Source of the DNA: Elusimicrobiota bacterium | Lineage (GTDB): Bacteria; Elusimicrobiota; Elusimicrobia; Elusimicrobiales; UBA9959 | DNA length: 28,154 nt | Direction: 5' to 3' | Assembly (NCBI GenBank): GCA_027340875.1 | Contig: DAIENX010000101.1 | Coordinates: forward strand, 1-28,154 | Shown: in pieces, positions 7,743 to 16,599 of the stretch | Numbering within the stretch: the first letter of the stretch is position 1 | Layout of the letters: each line of letters starts with the position of its first letter | Notes under the pieces: generated by a model | The model's database searches: none | The model's input: only the letters and a program-made list of their open reading frames with translations | What the model was told of the DNA's origin: nothing | Program-made: the position numbers and the translations under genes

Positions 7743-9131
7743 ATGCCGATCCTTATAGTAGCGCTGGCGCTGGCCGCCTCCGCGGCCCTGGGCTTTTTCG
7801 CCACCAGCGTGCCGCCTCATATCATCTTCGCCGTCGCGGCCGCGGCCGGCGTTTCGCTGCTGGCTTTCACTTCCCCGAAGCTCAGTCTCAGCCTGCTGCT
7901 CGTTTCGATGCTGTTCTCCCCGGAGATAGGCTTCGGAGCTCTCACCGGCAGTCGCTCCGTGGTGGTCCGCTATGACGATATCCTGCTGGTCATCATCTTC
8001 CTGTCCTGGCTGGCCCGCACGGCGGTGATGAAGGGGAAGGCCTTCATCTCGGGAACTCCGGTCCAGGCGCCTATAATACTCTATACCTCCATCTGCGTCG
8101 TTTCCACGGTCCTCGGCATACTTCGCGGGGACCTCCGTACGCAGATGGCGTTCTTTTATGTCCTGAAGTACGTGGAATATTTTTTGCTTTATTTCATGAC
8201 CGTGAACGTCCTGGAATCAAAAGAGGACATGCATAAATATATCAAGCTCGCCTTCTATATCTCGCTGGCGGTAACGGTGTACGCGTATATTTACTATCTT
8301 ACCGCGGGCTCGGGAGCCAGGGCCAGCGCCCCTTTCGAGGCGCCTTTCGGCAAGCCGGAAGAGTCCGAGCCGGCTTCGCTGGGCGGCTACTATCTAATAG
8401 TCATGGGGGTCCTGTTCGGAGTGATAACTTCCGCCTCCGGGCCTTTGACCCTCTGGCCCCTGGCGGCGCTGGCGTACATATTCCCGGCTTTCCTGCTGAC
8501 CTTTTCCCGGGCCTCCTATATGGGTTTCGCCGCCATGATGCTGACGATATTGTTCAAGACCGGCCGGCGCCGCCTGCTGATAATAGGCGTGCTGGTACTA
8601 GGCCTGGCCGCCCTGTTCGGGGTCAAGAGCTTTTCGGGTAAGGTGCGGGAACGGGTGGAGATGACCTACAGCGGCCAATACGCGGTGAACAAGGTCCGCG
8701 TGCTGGGAGTCGAATTCAGACTGGAGGAGTCGGCCTACAGCAGGTACGCGATGATGCGCGACGTCTTCAGCAAGTGGCTGCCGATGCATCCGATCCTGGG
8801 GCGCGGCGTCACCGGCATAGGCCTGGGGGATACCCAGTACGCACTGCTGCTCGGAGAGATAGGCCTGCTCGGCTTCCTGGCGTTCTCCTGGATGGCGTAC
8901 AGGATATACCTCGCGGCCTCGGCCGTATACCTGTGGTACGAGGAAACCTGGATCAAGGCGGCCGCGATCGGACTTATGGCGGCGCTGGCCGGCCTGCTGG
9001 CGCAGGCGTCCGGGGTGAACACTTTCATAATAGTGCGCATCATGGAACCGTTCTGGTTCCTGACCGCGGTCGTAATGCGTCTGTACACGCTCGGGAAGGA
9101 ACAGAACATGCCGGTTCCCGGAGACGCATGA
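7743..9131 (+). CDS. O-antigen ligase-like / Wzy polymerase family membrane protein
   Basis: About 12 hydrophobic segments; LLTFSRASY, HPILGRG and DTQYALLLGEIGLLG match the Wzy_C pattern; follows wza-wzc. Confidence 0.85.
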   Translation: MPILIVALALAASAALGFFATSVPPHIIFAVAAAAGVSLLAFTSPKLSLSLLLVSMLFSPEIGFGALTGSRSVVVRYDDILLVIIFLSWLARTAVMKGKAFISGTPVQAPIILYTSICVVSTVLGILRGDLRTQMAFFYVLKYVEYFLLYFMTVNVLESKEDMHKYIKLAFYISLAVTVYAYIYYLTAGSGARASAPFEAPFGKPEESEPASLGGYYLIVMGVLFGVITSASGPLTLWPLAALAYIFPAFLLTFSRASYMGFAAMMLTILFKTGRRRLLIIGVLVLGLAALFGVKSFSGKVRERVEMTYSGQYAVNKVRVLGVEFRLEESAYSRYAMMRDVFSKWLPMHPILGRGVTGIGLGDTQYALLLGEIGLLGFLAFSWMAYRIYLAASAVYLWYEETWIKAAAIGLMAALAGLLAQASGVNTFIIVRIMEPFWFLTAVVMRLYTLGKEQNMPVPGDA

Positions 9132-9187
9132 GAGAACTTTCGCCCCGGCGGCTTTTTTTACCGGGTCCGCAAACGTACGTCGCGTGA

Positions 9188-9274
9188 GCGCCGTCGTGCC
9201 GGGGCCGGGAAAGGCGATGTCCTGGCGGCGTGACGGACGGACATCGCGCTTTCCTGTACGTCCGTATGACGCGC
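9188..9274 (+). other. Long imperfect rod-like hairpin in the intergenic region (candidate structured RNA or processing site)
   Basis: 9192-9199 CGTCGTGC pairs with 9264-9271 GTATGACG; 9207-9222 GGGAAAGGCGATGTCC pairs with 9239-9255 GGACATCGC(G)CTTTCCT; G-U pairs favour the + strand. Confidence 0.45.
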
Positions 9275-9317
9275 GAAACGATTAAGCTATACTGTTAACG
9301 GATGCGCGTGAGCTAAA

Positions 9318-10430
9318 ATGAAAATTTGCATCGTTTCCAGCGCGGCCAGCGTGCATGTTCAGAAATGGCTGCGCGTCCTGCACGAGAGGGGGCACGAGGT
9401 GCACGTTATTACCCCGGAACTGGCTTCTTTTGAGGGAGTAGTTCTGCCGCCGGAGCGCGTCCACCAGTACCGCAGGGGAGGGGGGGGCCGCGGCCAGTTT
9501 GCCGAGGCCCGCTGGGTGGCGGACAGGGCCAGGGAACTGGCCGCCGACATCACGCACCTCCATTCCCTGTTCTTCGTCCACCCGCTTTTTTTCGCTTTCT
9601 GGAATGCCCTCGGCGGCCGGATAAGGAACCTCTGTGTTTCCGTGTGGGGCTCCGATATAGTTCCTGCCGCTCCGGAAAAGGAACTCGGCCTGAGGGATGG
9701 GCTTTCGAAAAGGCTCCTGCTCTCTCAGGCCGCCGCCATCACCGCCACCTCCGAATTCCTGGCCGAGGAGACGGTCCGCCTGGCCGGCGGCGCGAGAGTC
9801 AGGGTGGTGCCCTTCGGCGTGGACCTGACGGAGTTCTCACCGGGACGCCGTCGCGCGCATAACGGCACGCGGATCTGTTCAGTGAAGCAGCTTGGCGCCA
9901 AGTATGGCCCGGACCATCTGCTGGAGGCTTTCCGCTCTCTCGCGTCGGAGTTCCCGGACGTGTCGCTGGTTTTCGCCGGGGACGGCCCCATGAGGAAGGA
10001 CCTTTCCCGGTCGGCGGCGGAGCTGGGGCTCGGCGGGCGGGTAGAGTTCCTGGGCGCGGTGCCGGCCTCGAAAGTGCCGGAAGTCCTGTCGGAGGCCGAC
10101 ATCCTCGCGATGCCTTCCGTCTGCGCCGAAGCCTTTGGCGTCGCGGCCGTAGAGGCCGAGGCCATGGGGATCCCGGTAGTGGCCACCAGGGTGGGGGGCA
10201 TCCCCGAGGCCGTACGCGACGGCGAGACCGGGCTGTTGGTGCCTCCGGCCGACCAGCCCGCCCTGGCCGCGGCTCTGGGCAGGCTGGTGCGCGATCGGGG
10301 TTTGCGTGAACGGCTGGGTGAAGCCGGCCGGAAGTTCGTAGTAGAAAGATACGATATCCGGGCCAACGCGTCCGAGATGGAAGCTGTCTACAAGGAGGTC
10401 GTGAATGCCGGACCAGAAGGAAAAGCATGA
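9318..10430 (+). CDS. Glycosyltransferase family 4 (GT-B fold)
   Basis: MKICIVS...HERGHEVHVI; SVWGSDI; ADILAMPS..EAFGVAAVEAEAMGIPVVATRVGGIPE (EX7E motif). Confidence 0.95.
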   Translation: MKICIVSSAASVHVQKWLRVLHERGHEVHVITPELASFEGVVLPPERVHQYRRGGGGRGQFAEARWVADRARELAADITHLHSLFFVHPLFFAFWNALGGRIRNLCVSVWGSDIVPAAPEKELGLRDGLSKRLLLSQAAAITATSEFLAEETVRLAGGARVRVVPFGVDLTEFSPGRRRAHNGTRICSVKQLGAKYGPDHLLEAFRSLASEFPDVSLVFAGDGPMRKDLSRSAAELGLGGRVEFLGAVPASKVPEVLSEADILAMPSVCAEAFGVAAVEAEAMGIPVVATRVGGIPEAVRDGETGLLVPPADQPALAAALGRLVRDRGLRERLGEAGRKFVVERYDIRANASEMEAVYKEVVNAGPEGKA

Positions 10431-11061
10431 CGCGGACTGGGCCTCGAAGGACGGCACGACCGGCCTGTTCGAGCCGTACCGGTACAGGATGGAGCTCTGC
10501 GCCGGGCTTGTGGCTTCGTTGAAGCCGGCGCTGCTGCTGGACCTCGGGTGCGGTACGGGTTTCATGGCGGGCCTGGTGAAGGCGCGGCTTCCCCGGGTGC
10601 GCATAGACGGCGTGGACTTTTCTCCTTACGCCCTGTCCATGGCGTCTTCCCTCGACGGAAAGATAGAGGCCGATATCGACTCCGGGGACCTGCCGCTGTC
10701 CGCCGGGACCTACGACTGCGTATTGTGCACCGAGTTCCTGGAGCATCTGTACGAGCCGGCGCACGCGCTGAAGGAGATGGCGCGCGTGCTGAAGCCGGGG
10801 GGGCGGGCGGTCATCACCACGCCCAACTACGCGTTGCTCCATAACCGCGCCGCGTCGCTGGCCGGCCGTCTTCCGCAGACCATGCTGAACGAGCAGCATA
10901 TCAGGTTCTACACTTATTCATCCCTTTCAGCTCTGGCGGAGAGCGCCGGTTTCCGCGTGGAGGCCAGGTACGGGGCCCGCCGCCGCTTCAGTTCGGTGGC
11001 CGCTCTGTGGCCGGCGCTGCTCTCGGAATGGGTGATACTGCTGCTGGAAAAAGGAAAATGA
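10405..11061 (+). CDS. Class I SAM-dependent methyltransferase
   Basis: AAGGAGGT ribosome-binding site at 10392-10399; LLDLGCGTG motif I; GVDFS; YDCVLCTEFLEH; RVLKPGG...TTPN. Confidence 0.92.
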   Translation: MPDQKEKHDADWASKDGTTGLFEPYRYRMELCAGLVASLKPALLLDLGCGTGFMAGLVKARLPRVRIDGVDFSPYALSMASSLDGKIEADIDSGDLPLSAGTYDCVLCTEFLEHLYEPAHALKEMARVLKPGGRAVITTPNYALLHNRAASLAGRLPQTMLNEQHIRFYTYSSLSALAESAGFRVEARYGARRRFSSVAALWPALLSEWVILLLEKGK

Positions 11062-12416
11062 GCGATAACCGCGGGCCGATCGGCTATTTCAGGGAATTGC
11101 CGCTTTTTGCGCAGAACGTTTCTTTCGTGTTCCTCGCGCAGGCGGCCGTAGTGCTCTGCGGCATGCTCTCCAATATCGTGGTGGCCAGATGGCTCGGCCC
11201 TGAAGGACAGGGCAAATACGCCCTTTGCGTGCTGCTGGGCGTCATGTTGCTGCGTTTCCTTACGCTGAACATGGGGGTCGCCGCCACCGTCTATGTGGGG
11301 AACGGCAGGCACCGTCCCGCGGCGGTGGCCGGAAACCTGCTGACGCTCTCCTTCACGATAATCGCCGTGATGGCTTTTTGTTATCACGCGTTCATGCCCG
11401 CGGCCGGGCCGGTCTTCCTCAGGAATCTGGAACCCGCGCTGTTCTCCCCGGCCTTCCTGCTGTTCCCTTTTTCCATGCTGAGCGCGGGCCTTATCGGCAT
11501 CTCGCGCGGCCTGAACTTCATCAAGCGCGCCTCGCTCATAGACATGGTCGAGACGGTCTCAAAGGCGGTCCTGATTTTCGCTTTCGTGGCGCTGCTCGGC
11601 GGAGGGGTGAGAGGGGCCGTTTACGCGGCGGCCGCCGCGTCGGTCTGCGGTCTTGCGTACGCCGTGCTGATATTGCCGCGCGGGACGCTTTCCGCGCCCG
11701 CTTTCGACACGGCCGTGGCCGGCGATCTGCTCAGGTTCGGAGCCAAAGGGCATCTGGGCAATATCGTGCAGTTCTTCAATTACCGCCTGGACATGTTCCT
11801 GGTCAACTTTTTCCTGACCCCGGCCAGCGTGGGCGTGTATTCCATAGCCGTGATGGTGGGCGAGCTGGCCTGGTACGTTCCGACGGCAGTGGCCTCGGTG
11901 CTGCTGCCGAAGACGGCCGCGGGCAGCAAGCTGGAGGCGGACCAGTTCACGCCGATGGTATGCCGGATAACCGTAGCCGCCACTTTGGCTTTTTCCCTCG
12001 TCCTCGCTCTGGCGGCCGGGCCGGCGATACGGCTGGCTTTCGGCCGCGACTTCGCGCCGTCCATGACGCCGCTGCTGCTGCTGCTGCCGGGCATAGTCGT
12101 GTTCAGCGTCTCCAAAGTGCTGGCCAGCGACCTGGTGGGGCGCGGATATCCGCTTTACCCGACGTATATAGCGGCGGTCTCGCTGGGCGTCACGGCGCTG
12201 CTGGACGTGCTGCTCATCCCCGGATGGCGGCTCGCCGGGGCGGCCGCGGCCAGCTCTATATCCTACGCCGTTTCCAGCCTGCTGTTCCTGAGGGCCGCCC
12301 GCGGCGTTTCCGGCAACAGGCCCGCGGATTACCTGTTCCTGAAAGGCGGCGACATACGCAGGCTGGCCGCGGCTTTGGCCCCCGGCGCGCCGTCCGGCCG
12401 GGCCGCCGCGCTTTGA
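11058..12416 (+). CDS. wzx: Oligosaccharide flippase (Wzx, PST/MOP family)
   Basis: ATGA-coupled start at 11058; VARWLGPEGQGKYAL; RLDMFLVNFFLTPASVGVYSIA; about 12 TM segments; GAAAASSISY. Confidence 0.9.
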   Translation: MSDNRGPIGYFRELPLFAQNVSFVFLAQAAVVLCGMLSNIVVARWLGPEGQGKYALCVLLGVMLLRFLTLNMGVAATVYVGNGRHRPAAVAGNLLTLSFTIIAVMAFCYHAFMPAAGPVFLRNLEPALFSPAFLLFPFSMLSAGLIGISRGLNFIKRASLIDMVETVSKAVLIFAFVALLGGGVRGAVYAAAAASVCGLAYAVLILPRGTLSAPAFDTAVAGDLLRFGAKGHLGNIVQFFNYRLDMFLVNFFLTPASVGVYSIAVMVGELAWYVPTAVASVLLPKTAAGSKLEADQFTPMVCRITVAATLAFSLVLALAAGPAIRLAFGRDFAPSMTPLLLLLPGIVVFSVSKVLASDLVGRGYPLYPTYIAAVSLGVTALLDVLLIPGWRLAGAAAASSISYAVSSLLFLRAARGVSGNRPADYLFLKGGDIRRLAAALAPGAPSGRAAAL

Positions 12417-12438
12417 TAGAATATCCTTTCGTGAAAGA

Positions 12439-13362
12439 ATGAAGACTACAGAACCCGGATGCCGCGCCGAAAACTGCTTCCTCTGCGGGAGCGGTTCCTG
12501 CGCTCCCGTTTACGGGACCTCGCCGTACGGGCTGGTAAAGTGTTCCGGCTGCGGCCTGGTGCGGGTGTCGCCGATGCCAGACGCCGTGAACCGGCGCGAG
12601 GTGAACGCGAGGACCTATTCCACCGAAGAATACCGGCGGCGGTACTTCATGGATAAAAAAATATATTCCTCGTGGTTCAGGGAGAAGCTGGCGCTGATAG
12701 AGCGGTTCAAGCCGGGGAAGGGCCGCATACTCGATATAGGATGCAGCTACGGTTTCTTCGTCGAGGAGGCTCTCGGCCGCGGCTGGGACGCCTTCGGCTG
12801 CGAGATAAACCCGGTTACCGGCGGCTACAGCCGCGGGCGGCTGGGGGAAAGAGTGCACATCGGCGGCCCGGAAACTATCCCTTTCTCCGGTCCCGGTTTC
12901 GACGCCATAGTCATGTGGGACGTCATAGAGCATCAGCCTGACCCTCTGGGCTTTCTGCGAATGGCCCGAAAATATCTGAAGCCCGGCGGCCTGGTCTGCC
13001 TGCAGGTGCCTAATTTCGGAGGGTATATTTCAGGTCTTAAGAAGGAGAAATGGGACTGGCTCACTCCCGGGGACCATCTGTATTTCTTCACGACCGATAC
13101 CCTGGCGCGCCTGGCCGGCCGGGCCGGGCTGCGGCAGGCCCACGTGGAGACGTGGGAGTCCACCAGGTATTTCATCGATTCTCTGATCGGGTACAACGAG
13201 AGGCAGGGAGCGCTGGCGGAGCTCTACAGGGCCACCGTGGTCCGGGCCGTGCGCCTCGGTCTCTTTTTCCTGTTCCTGCCTTTCCAGCGCCGGCTGCACC
13301 GCGAGGGGAAGGGCGCCCTGATCCTGGGCGTCTTCTCTTACGCAGGGGGTGAAAATGACTGA
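12439..13362 (+). CDS. Class I SAM-dependent methyltransferase with N-terminal CxxC...CxxC zinc-binding domain
   Basis: CFLCG...LVKCSGCGL; ILDIGCSYG; FDAIVMWDVIEH; LKPGG...QVPN; HLYFFT. Confidence 0.92.
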   Translation: MKTTEPGCRAENCFLCGSGSCAPVYGTSPYGLVKCSGCGLVRVSPMPDAVNRREVNARTYSTEEYRRRYFMDKKIYSSWFREKLALIERFKPGKGRILDIGCSYGFFVEEALGRGWDAFGCEINPVTGGYSRGRLGERVHIGGPETIPFSGPGFDAIVMWDVIEHQPDPLGFLRMARKYLKPGGLVCLQVPNFGGYISGLKKEKWDWLTPGDHLYFFTTDTLARLAGRAGLRQAHVETWESTRYFIDSLIGYNERQGALAELYRATVVRAVRLGLFFLFLPFQRRLHREGKGALILGVFSYAGGEND

Positions 13363-14299
13363 AGGCGCCATGTTCGGCCGGGCCCGGGCGGCCGCGGCGC
13401 GCGTTTTGAGGAAGAAGCTGCTGTCCTTCCCGCGCAAAGTCCAGATAGAGACCACGGCGGCCTGCAACGCCAATTGCGTCATGTGCCCTCATTCTTCCAT
13501 CAAGCGGGAGAAGGGAGCCATGGACTTCGGCCTCTTCCGGCGGATAATAGACGAATGCGCCTCCGCCCCGGAAGGCGTGGACGAGCTCTATCCGTTCCTT
13601 AACGGCGAGCTGTTCCTGACCCCGGGCTGGGAAAATTACCTGTCTTACGCGAGAGAGAAACTGCGGCGGACGAAGATATCGCTGTTCACGAACGGCTCCC
13701 TGCTGAACGAAGCCAACGCGGCCCGGCTCCTCAAGACAGGACCAGATCACGTCAACGTGAGCTTCGACGGCACCGACAAGGCGACGTACGAAGCCGTCAG
13801 GCGCAATCTGCGGTTCGAGGAGGTGGAAGAGAACATCCGTTCCCTGGTCTCGCTCCGCGCCGCCCTGCGGCTCGCCCGTCCGAGGATCACCGTCTCTATA
13901 GTCGAAATGGAGCGCACCGCCCCGGGGATACCGGATTTCGTGAAGAGGTGGAGCGGCGTAGTGGACGCCGTGACTGTGGAGCCTTTCAGCACCTGGACCG
14001 GCGCCATGGCCGATCTGGCGGTTCCCGGCCGCGCCGCGCGCCGAAGGGTCCCCTGCCCGCGTCTCTGGTACAATCTGACCGTATTGAACTCCGGGAAAGT
14101 GGCGCTGTGCTGCCTGGATTACGAGGGGAAGGTCCCCCTCGGCGACCTGAATTCCATGTCGGTGCGGGAGGTCTGGCGCGGCGCGGCTGCGGAAGAGCTG
14201 CGGACGGCGCACGAGCGGGGACGCTATTCCGGCCTGGCGCTGTGCGAGAACTGCGATTACGGCAAATACCAGTCCGAGACGCCTTTCTGGTGGGTTTAA
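13355..14299 (+). CDS. Radical SAM protein with SPASM/twitch domain
   Basis: IETTAACNANCVMC (CxxxCxxC), NGE, TNGSLL, VSFDG; C-terminal CPRLW...GKVALCCLD...LCENC. Start ATG 13355 (GGGGGT upstream) or GTG 13349. Confidence 0.92.
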   Translation: MTEGAMFGRARAAAARVLRKKLLSFPRKVQIETTAACNANCVMCPHSSIKREKGAMDFGLFRRIIDECASAPEGVDELYPFLNGELFLTPGWENYLSYAREKLRRTKISLFTNGSLLNEANAARLLKTGPDHVNVSFDGTDKATYEAVRRNLRFEEVEENIRSLVSLRAALRLARPRITVSIVEMERTAPGIPDFVKRWSGVVDAVTVEPFSTWTGAMADLAVPGRAARRRVPCPRLWYNLTVLNSGKVALCCLDYEGKVPLGDLNSMSVREVWRGAAAEELRTAHERGRYSGLALCENCDYGKYQSETPFWWV

Positions 14300-15448
14300 A
14301 TGCGCTATTTCGTCTATTACTACCTTTACGACGAACGTATAAAGGACGTACCGGGCGGGCCCATGAAGGTCTTCGACCTGTGCAGCAACCTCAAGGCCCT
14401 GGGGCATGACGTGGTGCTCTTCGCCCCCGATATAGGCGGGCCGCGGGAGCAGACCACGGCGCGGGTGGTCCTGATCCCGGCTTTCGGGGTGCCGCTGCTG
14501 GGGATAATCTGGCACGAGGCGGCGGTGATGTTCGCGTCCCTGCTGGAGCTGGCGCGCGGCGGCTGCGGGGCGGTGTATGCGCGCATAACCACGTCGTTCG
14601 CGCCGCTGGCCGTGGCGCGGCTGGCCGGGGCCCGTCTGCTCACCGAAGTCAACGACGATCCCTTCCTGAGGTACGCGGCCGGGGCCGGGAAGCTGAAGAC
14701 GCGGATCGTGAGATTCTGCGACGGGATAAATCTTCGCCGCAGCGACCGGGTCCTGGCGGTCAACGCCTTCATAAAGAAAGCGCTCGAGGACAGGCTGGGA
14801 GTGGACCCGGGCCGCGTGCGCGTGGTCCCGAGCGGGGCCAATACGGCGCTCTTCCGCCCTTACGGAAAGGAGGAGGCCTGCCGGGAGCTTTCTCTGGACC
14901 CTTCCCTGAGATATATCTGCTTCGTGGGCAGCCTGAATCCGTGGAACGACTACGCCCTTATCGTCTCGGCGGCCGCCGGGCTCTGCGCGGAGCGTCCGGA
15001 CCTGCGCTGCGTGCTGGCCGGGGACCTCGATGCCCGGGTGGAAAGGCTGATCGCTTCTTCCGGGATGCGGGACAAGTTCGTCCTGACCGGGCGGGTGGCT
15101 CCGGCTGCGGCGGTAAAGTACATCGCCTGTTCGGAAGTGTGCCTGTCCGCGATCTCCCCGGATTCGGAGCCGATGACGCCGGTGAAGATATTCGATTACC
15201 TGTCCTGCGCCAGGCCCGTGGTCGCGGCCGGCCCGCGGGGAGAGGAACGGCTGCTGGAGGGCTGCGGGGCCGCGGTGCTCACCCCGGCGGGCGACGCGGC
15301 CGCCTTCGCCGCCGCCGTGCGTAATTTCCTGGCCGATCCGTCCCTGGCTTTGAGAGCGGGCGCCGGCGGCAGAAAATATGTTATGGACCACTATGACCGC
15401 GTCTCCATAGCGAGGAATATAGCAGCGCTGGCGGAGGAAGCGGCATGA
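14300..15448 (+). CDS. Glycosyltransferase family 4
   Basis: LKALGHDVVLF; VVPSGANT; FVGSLNPW; PVKIFDYLSCARPVV. Confidence 0.9.
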   Translation: MRYFVYYYLYDERIKDVPGGPMKVFDLCSNLKALGHDVVLFAPDIGGPREQTTARVVLIPAFGVPLLGIIWHEAAVMFASLLELARGGCGAVYARITTSFAPLAVARLAGARLLTEVNDDPFLRYAAGAGKLKTRIVRFCDGINLRRSDRVLAVNAFIKKALEDRLGVDPGRVRVVPSGANTALFRPYGKEEACRELSLDPSLRYICFVGSLNPWNDYALIVSAAAGLCAERPDLRCVLAGDLDARVERLIASSGMRDKFVLTGRVAPAAAVKYIACSEVCLSAISPDSEPMTPVKIFDYLSCARPVVAAGPRGEERLLEGCGAAVLTPAGDAAAFAAAVRNFLADPSLALRAGAGGRKYVMDHYDRVSIARNIAALAEEAA

Positions 15449-16599
15449 GGATATCTGTCACCTGCTACGAGAGCCTCGGCGTGGCCGGCGGCAGCGCCAT
15501 CCAGGTGCTGCGCCTGGCGGAGGAGCTGGTCAGGGCGGGCCACTCCGTGACCATCTACGCCCCGGGGATAACGAAGGCGCCGCGCACTTCCGCCGCTGTG
15601 GCCTATATGCCGGTGCTCAACATCCCCGGCCTGCGGTTCGTCAGCTACCTGCTGCTGGCGCCTTTTTACCTGGCCCTGGAGTTCAGCCGCTGGCGGCCCG
15701 ACGTTCTGCTGGTCTTCGAGGTCTATTTCGACCTCTCTTCCGTCCTGCTGGCCAGGCTTACCGGAACGCCGCTGCACGTGTTCGTCAACGCCATAGCCGA
15801 CCAGGAGCTGCGTCTGTCCGGGTCGCGCCTCCCGCTGAAATGGGCGCTGGGCGCCGTGCAGGCGCTGCTGGTCCGTTCGGCCGGCAAGGTCTATACTATC
15901 TCCGGAGAGATATCCGCCTGGCTGCGCCGCCGTTATTCGCTGCCGGAAAGCGCGGTGGTCCTCGTCAGGAACGGCGTGGATACCCGCGCTTTCGCCCCGC
16001 TGGACGCGGCGGAATGTAGGCGCAAGCTGGGCTTGCCGGCCGCCGGCCGCTATATAGGTTTCGTCGGGCGCCCGGCTCCGTGGCACGGACTGGGGTCCCT
16101 GGTCGCGGCCGCGCCGGCGGTGCTGCGGGAGGTCCCGGACGCCAGGTTCCTGATAGTAGGGGAGGGGCCGTCCCTGCCGGAAGTGAAGGAGTTGGTCCGG
16201 GCGCAGGGACTCTCGGGGAACTTCGTTTTTGCCGGGGAAGCGCCGCATGCGGAGATACCGGCGTATATCGGCGCCTGCGACGTCTGCGTGGCCTTCTATA
16301 AGCCCGTGCGTTCTTATGCCGGCGACCCGATGAAGCTCTACGAGTACCTGGCCTGCGGCAGGGCCGTTCTGGCCGAGGCGGTGCCAGGTTACGGGGACCT
16401 GGTGGTAGAGGCCGGCGCCGGGCTCCAGGTGCGGTCTTCCGACCCCGCGGCCGCGGCGGAGGCGCTGATTGGATTGCTGAAGGACGGAGGTCTGCGCGCC
16501 GGGATGGGGATCAATGGGCGCAAGGCGGCGGTTTCCAGGTATGAATGGGCCGCCGGGATAAAGGATATGATATCCGGCCTGACCGGGGGGGCGGTCTGA
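15445..16599 (+). CDS. Glycosyltransferase family 4
   Basis: LVRAGHSVTI; VRNGVDT; FVGRPAPWHG; IVGEG; PMKLYEYLACG; ATGA coupling. Confidence 0.9.
   Translation: MRISVTCYESLGVAGGSAIQVLRLAEELVRAGHSVTIYAPGITKAPRTSAAVAYMPVLNIPGLRFVSYLLLAPFYLALEFSRWRPDVLLVFEVYFDLSSVLLARLTGTPLHVFVNAIADQELRLSGSRLPLKWALGAVQALLVRSAGKVYTISGEISAWLRRRYSLPESAVVLVRNGVDTRAFAPLDAAECRRKLGLPAAGRYIGFVGRPAPWHGLGSLVAAAPAVLREVPDARFLIVGEGPSLPEVKELVRAQGLSGNFVFAGEAPHAEIPAYIGACDVCVAFYKPVRSYAGDPMKLYEYLACGRAVLAEAVPGYGDLVVEAGAGLQVRSSDPAAAAEALIGLLKDGGLRAGMGINGRKAAVSRYEWAAGIKDMISGLTGGAV

Noticed and set aside
9128..9187. 19-aa ORF MRELSPRRLFLPGPQTYVA coupled to the ligase stop (ATGA)
   Set aside because: Too short to support; the resemblance of LFLPGP to class V aminotransferase N-termini is probably chance.
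9188..9274. SRP (4.5S) RNA
   Set aside because: Size and rod shape fit, but the conserved helix-8 CAGG...GNRA...AGCA motif is absent on both strands.
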